Assembly (NCBI RefSeq): GCF_009914755.1
Contig: NC_060938.1
DNA length: 64,000 bases
Strand: one strand, 5' to 3'
From: the human T2T-CHM13v2.0 reference genome, Homo sapiens
Part shown: piece after piece, positions 27,986 through 41,375 of the stretch
Position numbering within the stretch: the stretch's first letter is position 1
How the letters are laid out: each line of letters begins with the position of its first letter
Position numbers and translations under genes: made by a program
The notes under the pieces: generated by a model
The model's input: only the letters and a program-made list of their open reading frames with translations
Databases searched by the model: none
What the model was told of the DNA's origin: nothing

Positions 27986-28339
27986 TGTACTAGATATAAC
28001 ACTTTCTTGGTCCAATATCCAGATTTACAGGCAAACAAAAATAGAAGTAATCACTCAGACCTCTTTCCTTAACTAGCAAGCTGGTTAAGCACAGACCTAG
28101 CACTGTAGATCAATGCCAGGAGGACCCTCTTTGGCTCCTGGGTTGAACACCAAGCAGCCTAATGAGTCTGACATCCTTCTATGGAAAAGTGTCCTGGACT
28201 CTCTGCTAGAACGTCTCATATGCCTTTCTCCTTGTCACACCCTGACACCCTGTGAGTGCTTCTGTCTTCAGAGCCAACAGCCTCCTGTCTCTCCTCTCCA
28301 AAGATAAGAGATACTATAATGCTTGCTCTTATCTATTAT

Positions 28340-28740
28340 TAAAATACTTAAGTTTTTCCCTTTTTATTAAAAGTCATGAAAGTAATATGTGCTCACTGTA
28401 AAAAAAAAAACACTAGATGGATATAATTTGAGAGAGAAATGCCTTCCCTATAAGCTTACTTTCAAAATCATACTTTCTTATATATATGTCCAAAAATTAT
28501 GTATGTGAAAATAAGCATATATGTACATATTCATTGAAAAACTAAGACACACACACATATATATACGTACTCATGCATGCAAATCTATTTTTTTAAAAAA
28601 TAGCTTTATATGGAAAATAGTTTCCTGCAACTTAAAATTTTTTTCACTTATTTCGTCAGCCTTTTATATTAGTATATGCTATCAAAAGTTTTTCTACGGT
28701 GAGAATTTTGTGCATAAATACACACTGCACTGTTTGTACA
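28340..28740 (-). mobile_element. Old L1ME-like 3' fragment
   Basis: aaagtaatatgtgctcactgtaaaaa, tttcctgcaactt..ttttttcactta. Confidence 0.45.
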
Positions 28741-29512
28741 GGCATTGCCTTTTCTTTAGATTGCAAACTACCAGAAGGTAGAAAGAAAGTGTTTGGGCTG
28801 ATTAAATAACTTGTGCTCAGCACGGTACTCCAACCTACAGATTCTGGGCACCTAAGGGCACTGCCTCTGCACACTTCTCCCAGTCCCCTCACCCCAAACA
28901 CCCCTCCCTTTGATCTCTCTACCCCACCCCTTCCTATGAGGACACAGTGCTGCCCCACTCTCTTCCTCCTGTGCCTCTCTCTGGGGCTTACTCCCACTCT
29001 CTACCTTAGGTGATGTGCTACTTCTCATCAGCACACTCTGGGTCTCTATAAAAAAGTCCAAATTTTCTGTGGTCAAGAGAGACTACTGGTGGTTTACCTC
29101 TTTAGATAGCAGAGGAACTTTCTGATGCAGGCACGCTATTGTGGTAGGATGCTTCGGACCAAAGACATTGGAGATTTGTGGCTGGAAGCATTTCAGGGAA
29201 CTGGGTAGCTGTTTGGTGGACAGCGGGGGCTTCTGCTTCAGAGGCATAGCTGATTGTGAAGGGTAAAGGGCCCAGGACAAGATCTCCAGGAGGGGAGCAG
29301 TGGATTGGCTTTGTAGGATCTTCCCTAGATGGTCCAACCCAGTTTATCAGCAAAAGAAAAGAGAAAGGCATTTTGGCCAGGAACTCTTTCTAGGAATGGA
29401 GACCCACTTGGCAGGAGTGCTTCACGTTATATCTCAGGGGAATGAAGTGAGACAGGGGGGTACGAGAGAACAAGCAAGTGCCACCTTTTAAATTTTTGGA
29501 TGGGCAGGGTCC

Positions 29513-29575
29513 TCCCATCAGTACCTAATTCAGCAATCAGTACCTAATTCAGCATTCCCATCAGTACCTAAATCA
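29513..29575. repeat. Short tandem repeat with 19-bp unit ATCAGTACCTAATTCAGCA (two copies plus a partial)
   Basis: Units start at 29517, 29536 and 29560. Confidence 0.9.
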
Positions 29576-30907
29576 TTGATTGCTGGTTAATTCAGTATCA
29601 CACCAAGCATGCTGTCATGGGTGCTGAATAGAGTTATGACCAACCATCATCCAGACTGAGCCAATCTCAAATCCCATATTAAAAAAAAATTCCTCCTTCG
29701 CCCATGCTTCAGTAACAAATGTTACTTCTCCTCTGGACCGGTTCCCAGCAGCCTATTTCAATTTTCATCTTTAATGTAGTTGTCTTATCACATTGCCTCT
29801 TCTCTGTAGTACGAGACTGGAAAACGGTCACACGTCTTAAAGATGTTTTCAAATCCTCTTCTTTTGAATGTACACACACAGTTATATTATGCTGCAGGGA
29901 GACAAACAGGTAACACAGTTTCCAGAATCAACGGTCCAGCTATTTGGGTGAAGAAAAATATTGAGCCTCAGTTTCTCAAACTGTTGAGATGGTTCCATGG
30001 GTTGTGGAAGAGGCTTCTCCTCCGTGGACAGGACGGGAAAAGCACTGCACCAGACATGAGGATTCTTGGGTTTAAGTCCTGGGTCTGCTGACTTTCCTTT
30101 CATTTTGCTGTGCCTGAGTCCACTCATTTTAAAATGATGGGTGGGTGGCTGCAGACTTGGAAGGGGCCGGTTTGGTTTTTCATCCCTTTCCACATAGTTC
30201 CTGCTCTGTAATGTCCCTTGATTTGCTCCTCCCTTTGTGACTTGTGGCTGCCAGAGCTACGGATTCCAAGGAACACCTACCAAATGGGGCATCTACTCCA
30301 AAGACCTTAGGGGCAGCTAACAGCCTTAGTAAGGCTGGGAGAATACACTATTGCCTCCAGAAAGCCATAGCCTGTCCTGATGGGTCCCTGCCAGGTCTGT
30401 TTCACAGCAATCCATCAAGCCTGGTGTGGGTATTCTGTGGGTTCCTGGTGTGGTTTCTAACCATGTTCATTCCGCTTCCTCTGGGATTTAGTTTCAGTGG
30501 GAAGTGACTTGGAGAGGCCATTTGCTTTAACAAACTAAGAATACAAGGCCAGCAGGAAGCCCCTGGTTCAATCCACACTGCGATATATACCTGCTGCAAA
30601 AATGTAAGCACTGCCTTCAGCACCTCTGAGCTGACCAACCTAACAAAACAATGACAATGAAACACTTCCTATAGAGAAAGCCTAAGAATCATAACCATTA
30701 CTTTCTTAGAAATCATGTGATTTTCCACAGGGCTAATGTGTTTTGTTTCTCCAGCTCTCTCTGCTCCCCCTCACACCTGAGGGGTCTTATAGGATGATGA
30801 AATCTCTTTAACTGAATAAAAGAAATTCAAGAAACAAACAAACAAAAATACCAAATAATAGATGACACACACTCAGACAGAAATGATCAGATATAAGAAC
30901 ACGGGTA

Positions 30908-31198
30908 GGCTGGGAGTGGTAGCTTGTGCCAGTAATCCCACCACTTTGGGAGGCCAAGGTGGCAGATTGATTGAGGTCAGGAGTTCAAGACCAGCCTGGC
31001 CAACATGGTGAAACCCCACCTCTACTAAAAATACAAAGATTAGCCGGATGTGGTGGTGCACACCTGTAGTCCCAGCCACTCGGGAGGCTGGGGCATAAGA
31101 ATTGCTTGAACCTGAAGGCAGAGGTTGCAGTGAGCCGAGATGGTGCCACTGCACTCCAGCCTGGGCGACAGAGCAAGACTGTGTCAAAAAAAAAAAAA
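30908..31198 (+). mobile_element. AluS
   Basis: Full dimer; TSD AAGAACACGGGTA / AAGAGCACGGGTA. Confidence 0.95.
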
Positions 31199-31214
31199 GA
31201 GCACGGGTACATGG

Positions 31215-31305
31215 TCAGATACATACACTAGGGTGTTCCCTAGCACCTAGAACAGTGCCTGCAACATCCAGAGTGCTGGATAGTTAGTGAACAAGTAAAT
31301 GGATG
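31215..31305 (+). mobile_element. L2 3' end fragment
   Basis: ccctagcacctagaacagtgcctg...gaacaagtaaatggatgg. Confidence 0.55.
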
Positions 31306-31702
31306 GCTTGTCCAATCTGCTCCTGGGTGAATCCAGCTGCCTGAGGCCTGGCACCCAGCTTGGGGGAGAAGTACTGGATGCTCCCCAGGGCATAAGCCTC
31401 CAGATGTGCAGTGAAATTCCACGGGAACCCCAGAAAACCAAACATCAGGCTCCACCCTAGCTGAAGGAATCTTTGTAGGAATCTGTCAGGGAATTCTGAA
31501 GTGTTTGAAAGGCGAAGAACGGCTGTCGCAGTAAATGAAGGATGCCATCCAAAGAAGCCATCAAGGAAGACAAGTGCTGCCAGATCTTCTGTAACATTAC
31601 TAGACTTCTTTGCTTTGAAATATCTTTGTCCATTTTCTCTAACTCTGCATGAGAATGACACAACTGGGGCATTAATTAACCCCCTACAATGAAGAAAAAA
31701 TA

Positions 31703-32108
31703 CAGTCAGCCCTCCATACCCATGGGTTCTGTACCTGTGGTTTCCATATCCATGGATTTCATCAGCAAAGGATCAAAAATATTAGGGAAAAATAATTCCA
31801 GAAAATGTTACACTGTTGCTGACATGTATACTATGTAGTGAGATGATGGCCGCGTCTGTACTGAACATGTTCAGGCTTTTTTCTTGTCATTATTCCCCCA
31901 AACAATGCCATCTAACAACTATTTACATAGTATTTACATTGTATGACGTATTATAAGTAACCTAGAGATAATACAGAATACAGAGGAAGATGTGCATAGA
32001 TCACATACAAATACTACACTGTTTTATATCAGGGACTTGAACATCCTCAGATTTTGGTATCTTAGGGGGTCCTGGAACCAATCCCCCATGGATACCGAGG
32101 GATGACTG
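31703..32108 (-). mobile_element. MER2/Tigger-family non-autonomous DNA transposon
   Basis: TIRs cagtcagccctccatacccatgg ... ccatggataccgagggatgactg, preceded by TA; typical MER2 body. Confidence 0.85.
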
Positions 32109-32251
32109 TGCTTAGATAACTTTTAGGGCCAAAGGGATAAGAACAGATGAAAACAAGCAAGCAAACAAATAAACAAAACTCCAAGTAAGCTGTGGATTTT
32201 GTGGGGAAATGCTGAGTAGATCTGCATTAACGCACACCTTGTATACTAAGC

Positions 32252-32480
32252 CAGTATTTCCAACTGCAGGCAATTTTGCACTTCTTTCCCCCAAGGATGT
32301 ATGGCAATGTCTGAAAATGTTTTTGATTGTCATGACTGGGTGAGAGCTGGAGGGTGCTACTGGCATCTAATGGGCTGAGGCCAGGGAGGCTGCTCAACAT
32401 TCTACAGCGTAAAGGACAGCCCTCACCACAAAGAACGATCCAGTCCAAAAGGTGAATAGTGCTAAGGCTGAGAAACCTCA
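32252..32480 (+). mobile_element. MER20 (hAT-Charlie)
   Basis: ggcaatgtctgaaaatgtttttgattgtcatgactgg...tgctactggcatcta...aatagtgctaaggctgagaaacc. Confidence 0.85.
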
Positions 32481-33285
32481 CACTAAGCTCACAGATACAT
32501 GTGGTATGATCAAGAAAAGCAGCTCTTCAAACCAAACTATCTCCAATAGAACACATCAAAAGTAAACAGATATACAATTCACTTTGTTGTTGACGTCTTT
32601 CTTTTCCTCCTTTTTGCAAAATCCCTAGGCATCGGTTAAGACAGATAGGATATCTACATTTGTTGCTTTGAAATCACTGAAGTAAGTAAGAGCCATACCC
32701 TTTGGCTTCTGTTGCAATCAATCAAGATATCTATAACAGCCGCCTCTGATCTTGAAGGCAGCAGAACACGGGGTGCCGTCAGCTCTACTGACGTCATTTG
32801 CCATGAATATTTCTTCCACTTCCCTTTTGGCTGAAGGTTATTGAGAAAGAAGTTGCCCGAGTGAGCAGGAGGGATGAAGTGGGAAACAGGAGACTGGATT
32901 CACTGTGGACATGAACTGCAAACACCTTAGGGGTTCTTGTCACAGTGAGACAGGAGACAAAGTGACGCCAGTGAGCCCGGTGCACAAGCTTCTGATGAGC
33001 AGGATTTTAGGGAACAAAAATCTCCCACTAAGTTGGACACCAAGTTGTGATTTTACGCATCATCTTTAGGATGGAAGTTGGAGACGGAGAACACCAAGAG
33101 GGGCCTTTCTTCTCCAAAAAATGAATCAAAGAGCACCCCAAACTCTTGCTGCTCTGAAGACATGAGGCAAGCTCAAAGCAATGATTAAGCAAACTGAAAC
33201 TAACAGCTGTTTGTTGGAACAAAAGATGATCTAATTAAGTTGGTAGGTGAGTGGGGGACTCGGGGGGAAAGGGGAAAGGATGAAT

Positions 33286-33806
<521 letters not shown>

Positions 33807-34269
33807 CTACATTTCATTGGGGGTACTCTGGGTATGAGGCTCCCATTCACACATTTCCTGAGTCTTTCCAGCTTAAATACAGTGACTGGTAAACTCTAAA
33901 TGAAGAATGTACGGGCTCTGAGGAACAGTATCACAGTGAACCCTGCAAATTCGGAATACATCTGTCCAAGTCAGCTCCCCAACAGGGGGCATCTTTCTAA
34001 CTCGTGTAAATTGCCCATCTATTACCCCTCATTTCACTTAATCAGGAAGGGGATTCTAGGAAAAGCTACTGGAAGGTAAGTACAGAGCTCAAAGAGCATC
34101 CTGGGCTGGGAGCCTGGTGCTGAGGGCTGTCTCAGGCGCCCCAATTCTAAGGTGGTGTTAGGATGGCCGGGCTGGAAGCTCTCCGGGCCTCTCACTTCCT
34201 CAGAGTCGATCACTGTCCCTGCTGCTCCTCTGCTGGAGAAATGAAAGGAGTACCTTGATACTCCCCAGG

Positions 34270-34460
34270 CAGATGCTTTCGTATTTCTGTTTTCTCCGGG
34301 CAACAAGAACCGCTTTAACTTTGATGTCTTCTGAGTCCCTTAATTCTAACGTCCTTTTCGCCTCAGCAGCGAGGTCTGCGTCACATTGCCGTCACATTCC
34401 CGAATCTGTGATTCCAAAGCAAGTGAACGCATCACCTCCAGCCCTTTGACAAGACACTGC
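34270..34460. promoter_or_regulatory. Unique CpG-retaining block with a TCF/LEF site
   Basis: CTTTGATG at 34319-34326; about nine CpGs in non-repeat DNA. Confidence 0.3.
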
Positions 34461-36177
34461 CATCCCAGACACCTCTTTTATCTGGCACTCTAAATTTTCC
34501 TACTGATCAACATTGACTTCTTTAATATCTTTGACCAGTTGATCAAAATCTTTCTAGCAGCTGCCTAGGAAAAAACTCAAAGAACCATGTGGACAGAAAC
34601 TGAGAATACCAAAAAATCTAAACTTCTAGATTTGAAGCCCAGGACAAAGGTGACAAATGACCCAGACCAAGTTATGATCCTGTCCCATGGGTAATAAGAC
34701 AGAGCCATTATTGAAGAGGCAGGGGGTTTTGATTTGGTTCTGTTTGGCTTGTTAACTGTGCTGGACTTGTCTGAGGTCAGTTTATATATTTTTTAAATTT
34801 TTTAAAGCTCCCTATAGATGAATGAGAAACTACACATTCCTCTCAAGTCTCTTCCCCTTTGCATCTCATCCAGTTGTGAATCTCTGCTTACTGCATTCTC
34901 TGGTTTCTGTCTCCTGGGTCACCCCTCTCTGGGGATGGCAGTAGCTCATAGCCATGTGCACAGGGGACATTTGGGGTTGCCGTGGAAGAGATTCTGACCC
35001 TGCAGGGAGGGAGGAGAGGGCGATTAATGCCGAAGCCCTCTAGAGTCTGGCATTCTTTGCTTTGAAAATGTCCTGCTTGCTCCTGGTTTCTTCATCCAGT
35101 GTTACAGCTGAAGCTCACCGCCCAGGAGGGGACTGGAGCCAGCCTCAGGTGCAAGAAGGCTTCCACAGGGCAGGAACAGGAATGGAGACTCCCAAGAGAC
35201 CCCAGAGCACCTCAGAGCCTGGCCACACTGGTGTCCAAGAGAAAGGATGTGCCACGGCCAGAAGCCAGAGGTGGGACCAGGAAGCCCCTTGAGACCACAG
35301 CCAAAGGCCCAGGGAGATGCTCAGAGTATAGGGGCCTGGGCACGGCCAGCCAGGGACCACCAGTGCATCTTTCTTGAGTCTGTTTTTCCCCCTCTCTATG
35401 CTATAAGGTCATCTTCCCCAGTGATTGGCTTTCCCCAACCATCACTTCTCTCCACTTATTGGAAGATAGCTCCTGCCCAGTTCCCACGCCAGAAGCCACT
35501 TCCTCCTCTAGTAAAAGGGTTCGTGGTTGCTGGTAACCCCTGCACCAACTTTCCCACAGCTGTGGGGGTGCTCATAGTGGCTTGGCCCCAGCAGGCATGG
35601 CAGTGCTTGTCAGTGCTGAGAATTGAGTATTTCCACATGCACGGCATCTTCATTAACTCTGTCTTCAACTGGGTCAATGTGCAAATAATCTTTTACAGAA
35701 GGAAAGATTCCATCTCAGAGTGACACTGGCAGGTGTGTTAGTGAGAGTAAATACCACGCAGAACCCTGCCATCAGTGCTTCAAGGCACACACTAACTGCG
35801 TGCCCACCTCTCCACTGTCTTCCTCCCTAATGCTCGAGCACTGAAGAACTGGAGGGTGACTCTGAACATAGGCTCACTTTGCCTGGGGATGTATGTCTTA
35901 TACTAACTCAAAATAATTTAAAAAGGAACTATGGAGCCAGTGATGTTCCCACACCTGACACCTGCCTCTCATTATAGAGACACAGGACGTAGTCTGAGAA
36001 CAAAACCTCACTGTGTTCTTTCTGGGTAGACTTCTACCATATTGAATCACACACCCGGTCCCACTATGCCATAAACCACTGTTCTGCTGAGGCAATCTCT
36101 TTGTTACAAAAGGTTTTGCCTTTTGATTTCCTTACTAGAAAGCTGCTTCTCAAACATCTGGAAGGGGATTTGTAATG

Positions 36178-36590
36178 TGCTACAGTTTAATGTGCTCGAC
36201 CTCTCTAAAGCACATGCTGAAGTTTGATCCCCAGCATTGGAGGTGGGGCCTCACTGGAAGTGTTTGGTTCACGGGGAGGATCCCTCGTGAATGGCTCAGA
36301 GCTGTCCTTGTGGTCATGAGTGAGTTCTTGCTCTATGTGTTCCCGTGAGAGCTGGTTGTTAAAAAGAGCCTGGCACCTCCCTCCCTTCCCCCATCTCTCT
36401 CGTGCTTTCCCTCTCACTCTGTGATTCCTCCCCTCCGCATTTCGCATGAGTGGAGTAGTCTCAGATCTCCATCAGAAGCTGGTGCTGGCGCCATGAAGTT
36501 GTACAGCCTACAGAACCATGAGCCAGATAAACCTCTTTTCTTTATAAATTACGCAGGCTCAGGTATTCCTTTCTAGTAATACAAAAAAAC
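36178..36590 (+). mobile_element. MST-family MaLR solo LTR
   Basis: tgctacagtttaatgtg...ccccagcattggaggtggggcct...ataaacctcttttctttataaattac. Confidence 0.85.
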
Positions 36591-36765
36591 CCCACAGAAC
36601 TTTGGAGCCTAAATCTCTAAGATCACGTAAATTCTGCAGCTGTGAGATGCTACAGCTCTGGGGCAATGGTTATCTTCCACAGCCAGGAGTGACCCACCAT
36701 TTCCCTTTTTTAAACTTTAAGACAGGTCCAGTGGTGCTCTAAGAACCCATCTGCAACCAGGGAAT

Positions 36766-36790
36766 GTGGGGGGGGTGGGGGGGGAGGGGG
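36766..36790 (+). repeat. Poly-G tract, G-quadruplex prone
   Basis: Near-pure G run interrupted by single T and A bases. Confidence 0.8.
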
Positions 36791-37734
36791 AGTGAGGAGA
36801 ACATATTAAAAATAAAATAATTCAACTATTTACAGCCCATCAAGTAATCAGTTACAGATCCCCAGCAATAGGTACTCCAGGGGGCTGAAACCCGAGAATG
36901 CAATAGGTAGAGATGTTGAGGGGAGGGGACTTCAGAGGGATGTGCGGTTTCTCACCTTGACTCTTTATGCCTGCACCACAGGATTTAAGAGCAGTTCAAG
37001 CAAACATCGCAGAATTCCCTCCCTTTGCTACAGTGGACTTCCAAATCAAAGTCTAGGGCGTTCTTCAGAGAGAGGCTCTGGATATCCAGCCAAGGCCCAG
37101 ATCTGTTCTCCCTCCCACATAGACCAGCAAGCCTCATAGTGCCCTGTGTCTGTGGCACCCGAGGGAGGCTGTCTGCCAGGCTAGGTGTGCCTGGAGCATG
37201 TCCCTCCTCTGGGAAGGAGGGCATGGAGGGCAGAAGAACCAGTCCTGACCAGGCTGCCCCACTGGAGTCATGCGCTGAGCGGGCAGAGTGTTTAAGGAAG
37301 CGGGGGCGTGTGGTATGAATACTCAGATCACAGCATGTGCATGGGGCAGGCAGATATGCTGCTGGGCTGGGGCTGGACAAGGTGGAGGGCAAGGAAGAGT
37401 GGGCAAATGTCACACATTTCTTCCGCTCCCAGGGCTCCTTACTTTAAGCTGAGACTATAATCTTCTATGGTTTTCCTCCAGCCAGTCTGACGGTCCTCAT
37501 CCACCCAGAGCACCCCACAGAAGGGAAGCTGGTAACGAGCCAACAGAGCAGGGACTTCTGCACGCCTTTAGTGCTAAGAAAGCCAGCATTGGTGCTCTGG
37601 TTACCCTGCTCCCAGACTAAAAGTCACAAGGCCACAAGCATAATGTACTACTAAAGCTTGGTTTATTTAAGCCATATTTGGGCCATCTTATCCCAAGGTC
37701 AGAAAGAAACACCGGTATAACCAGGCATACTCCC

Positions 37735-37736
<2 letters not shown>

Positions 37737-37783
<47 letters not shown>
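37737..37783. repeat. (CA)n microsatellite, about 23 perfect units
   Basis: Direct reading. Confidence 0.97.
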
Positions 37784-37784
<1 letters not shown>

Positions 37785-38473
37785 CTACTACTACAACCAC
37801 CCACAGGAGCGATCTCTCTCTTTCTCCCTTAGAAACCCGAGCTTCAGGCACAAAGAGGAACCAAAGGACATGAAAGCACATTTCCCAGTGGAGACTTGGG
37901 ATACTTATTCTGGCTTCGGTCTGTCCACACTGAGAGCCACTCCCATCTTGGGGTGGCTGTGGTACACTCTTCACGGGAAATGATGGTGCATGGCTGGGCT
38001 GCCCTCCTCAGCTATTCCTCTAAAGTGAATTCGGGGGCTGCTGATTCTCAATTCTCACAGCAGGTCTCATGGGCACCGAGCTCTGTCCAGGCCTCAGTTT
38101 CAACACTTAGCCTTTTACTCTCTCTAGTCAAATTCTTCCTCCGAAAAATAGACTAGGAAAAAAATAGAAAAGCCAATCAAATGCTTGGTATTTTTTTTAA
38201 AAAACTTTTTTATAGTTTTCTGAGATGTGTTGATTCAGAAATAACCCTCACATATTATCAGTTGAAAAATAAAACAAAGCGCCAAAAAAGCATTTGCATT
38301 TTCCTTTATCTTACACGGGCCCTTCACCTACTGTCTGCCTCACACCTAAAGCAGAGCCTGGTTCCTGGGAAGTCCTACATTGGTACAATGAGAAGGCTAT
38401 GATAATATAACTGCCATTGCTTTTGCTTTCCCTGAATAGTGCATATTCAATTTGATACAAAGAGACATAGGCT

Positions 38474-38541
38474 CCATCCATCCATCCATCCATCCATCCA
38501 TCCATCCATGCATTCATGCATCCATCCATCCATCCATCCAT
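38474..38541. repeat. (TCCA)n tetranucleotide repeat
   Basis: Direct reading. Confidence 0.95.
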
Positions 38542-38883
38542 CATTGAGAACAAAAGATATCGTTATGCTGTTAATGAGTATTTCATTTTAGACACAATTA
38601 AGTATGGAAATGTAGATTCAGGATTAAGACTATACATAAAGGTATCATGGAAATAAAAGAATTATAGTGCAAGAGCTGATTTTCTGGTGAGCGAATGGGA
38701 AATGGGTTCTAAAGAAAATCTCCACAGAATTTTCTAGAATGGTTATTAAGAATGGCTACATCCCTGGACAAGTATTCTGCATGTCAGGAGTCTACTTTGA
38801 AAGATGCTTCTTTTTTGAATGTGTTTGATTTAAAAAAAAAAAAAGGCAAGTTCCTTACTTTCTAGCCACATGGTCTATGTGGG

Positions 38884-39871
38884 TGCTGTGATCAGAATGT
38901 GTGTGTCCCCCAAAATTCCTATGTTGAAACCGAATCACCAAGGTGAAAGCATGAGGAGGTGAGGCCTTTGGGAGGTGATGAGGTCATGAGGGAGGGGCCC
39001 TCATGATGACACGGGAAGTGCCGGGTACAGAAGGGCGGGGTCCCTGGCGAGGGCTCCACCCTTGGGCCTGTGCCCAAGGACCTAAATGAGGACAGGCATT
39101 TCTGCTTTCATGCCCAAAAAGTTGCCTTCTGGCCTGCCACACTCCCATCGTGTGCCCACAAAAACCCAAGACCCTAGTAGGCACTGACGTAAGCGGCTGG
39201 ACGTTAAGAGGAGCAGAACAACACATCGACCGACACCAACAGACACCAGCAGGCCATCGACGGCGGGACGACGCGGAATTTGGCTGGAGGTGGTTGGAGG
39301 AGAGTCTGCTCCATGCCAGGGGAAGACCACCTTCTGGCTCCCCATCCACCTCTGTGATAAGGCAGAGAGTCTAACTGAGCTGATTAACACAAGCCGCCTG
39401 CAGATGGCAAAACTGAAAGAGCGCCCTGTAACACACGCCCACCGGGGCTTCGGGAGCTGTAAACACTCAACCCTAGATGCTGCTGTGAGGTCAGGGGCCA
39501 AAAACGCTCCCCACGACCTTCCCGTCTGCATGCTCCCCTTAGGGGTTTGAGCAATGGGGCACTGAAGAAGCAAGCTGCATCCCTGTCACGCGCCCTGGGA
39601 GCGGGTTAAGGGAACTTCTCCCGTTTCAATGAATGGGATGAGAGCCCTCATAAAAGAGGCCCTAGAGAGCTGCCCGTCCCCTCCACTATGGGAGGACACA
39701 GCAAGAAGATGCCCTCTAGAACCAGAGAGCAAGCTGGCATCAGACGCGGAATCTGCTGGCACCTTGATTTTGGACTTCCCAGCCTCCAGAACTGTGAGAA
39801 ATAAATTTCTGTTGCTTATAAGCCACCCATTTTGAGGTATTTTATTATAGCAGCCTGAATGGACTAACATA
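38884..39871 (+). mobile_element. MLT1A-family MaLR LTR, split by a nested ERV1 LTR
   Basis: MLT1A 5' and 3' halves; 5-bp TSD GTGGG at 38879 and 39872. Confidence 0.88.
39007..39628 (+). mobile_element. ERV1 solo LTR (LTR1/LTR28/MER52 group)
   Basis: TG..CA ends; 4-bp TSD ATGA at 39003 and 39629; cccaaaaagttgcctt, ctgagctgattaacacaagcc, gggaacttctcccgtttca. Confidence 0.85.
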
Positions 39872-40094
39872 GTGGGTAAAACGCCCCGTACATAAGCACA
39901 AACACTAAGTAAGTGTCATGAGGAATAAAGGAGGCCCAAGCGTGAGGGCCAGAGCCTGGTCAGGGACACATGCTTTTAAAGGAGGTGAGCTCGGGCCAAA
40001 CGTGGTCTCCTCTTGTGGATGCTGCGTATTCATTCCAGACAAAACTGTAAATGCTAAGCCAAATAGAGCTCTTCAGTTTGTATCTGGGGCATAC

Positions 40095-40344
40095 TTGTTT
40101 TTGGAAAAACCAAGAGGGCTTGATAATCGCCAGAAAATATGATGAACAGACCCAGGCAGATTGGAAGGGTAAGATCGACGGAAGATGATGGCGTGGACAG
40201 CGGAGGTTTCCGTTCCCAGTGGGGCGGCAGCAAGGACAAAAACATCTGGAGAGGCGCTCTGCAGGCCCGCCTGGCAAGCTGGTGGATCAGGTTACTTCAT
40301 GACGGCAACTGGGTTCGTTCCGTACCATGAAAACCATATTTCAT
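40095..40344 (-). other. Candidate (probably non-coding or alternative) exon
   Basis: Acceptor tttttttcctattgaaag| (stronger alternative acceptor at 40403-40404), donor CAA|gtatgc, about 12 CpGs in unique sequence. Confidence 0.35.
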
Positions 40345-40659
40345 CTTTCAATAGGAAAAAAATTACAGCTAGTGTTATACAAGCAAAACGAAACAAAGAA
40401 AACTGGAAAACAGAGAAGGAAAAATCAACCACCGTAACTGCCATCATGCCTGCGGTTTTCTCTCATCCTTTCAACATTCTTCTAGAAAGAGTTTCGACTT
40501 TTTTTTCTTCTTTTTTTAAACTAAGCTTGCTTTAAGCCTAAGCCGTGCCTGGGAGCCTTCAGACTTTGACTATGCCAAAGGACAGTGTGGCCATAAAATG
40601 TTTAGGGGAAGAGATTTAGAGGGGAGCAGAGGGGAAATAAAAATGAGTATCTGTTTTTA

Positions 40660-40937
<278 letters not shown>

Positions 40938-40949
40938 ACAACTCCTCCA

Positions 40950-41375
40950 GCTTAAAGGAGACCTAAGGGACACATCCATCAGTTACAACGTATGGAACTT
41001 TATTTGAGTCTAGATTAAAAAAAAAACAACTGGCTAAAAAATTATAAGCTTTTGGGGAAATACAAACACCGATGGGATAAATACTAAGGAACTGTTAACA
41101 CTATAAGGTGTGCTATTGATATTACTATAGTTGTATGTTTAAGAATCTGTAAATTATTGAAATACGTAATGAAATACATACAGAAGAAATTATATGATAA
41201 CTGAGGATTTGCTCCAAAATCCTCATTACTTGGGGGTGAAGGAGGTGGTGGAAAGTGGGACAGGGGCAGATGAAATAAACTTGGCCAGGATTGATGACTG
41301 CTGGGTGAAAAGTATACAAGGGTTCATGATTCTGTTTTTTGTGATATATTTGAAATACTCTACAGTAAAAAGTTT
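40950..41375 (+). mobile_element. L1MC/MD-type 3' end
   Basis: ggatttgctccaaaat, agatgaaataaacttggcc, tatatttgaaatactctacagtaaaaagttt. Confidence 0.75.

Noticed and set aside
31457-31644. - strand coding exon (ELEKMDKDISKQ...)
   Set aside because: Weak pyrimidine tract, poor donor, and no recognisable protein similarity
35247-35723. 158-aa ORF in unique DNA
   Set aside because: No recognisable domain or promoter and splice context; length is within chance expectation
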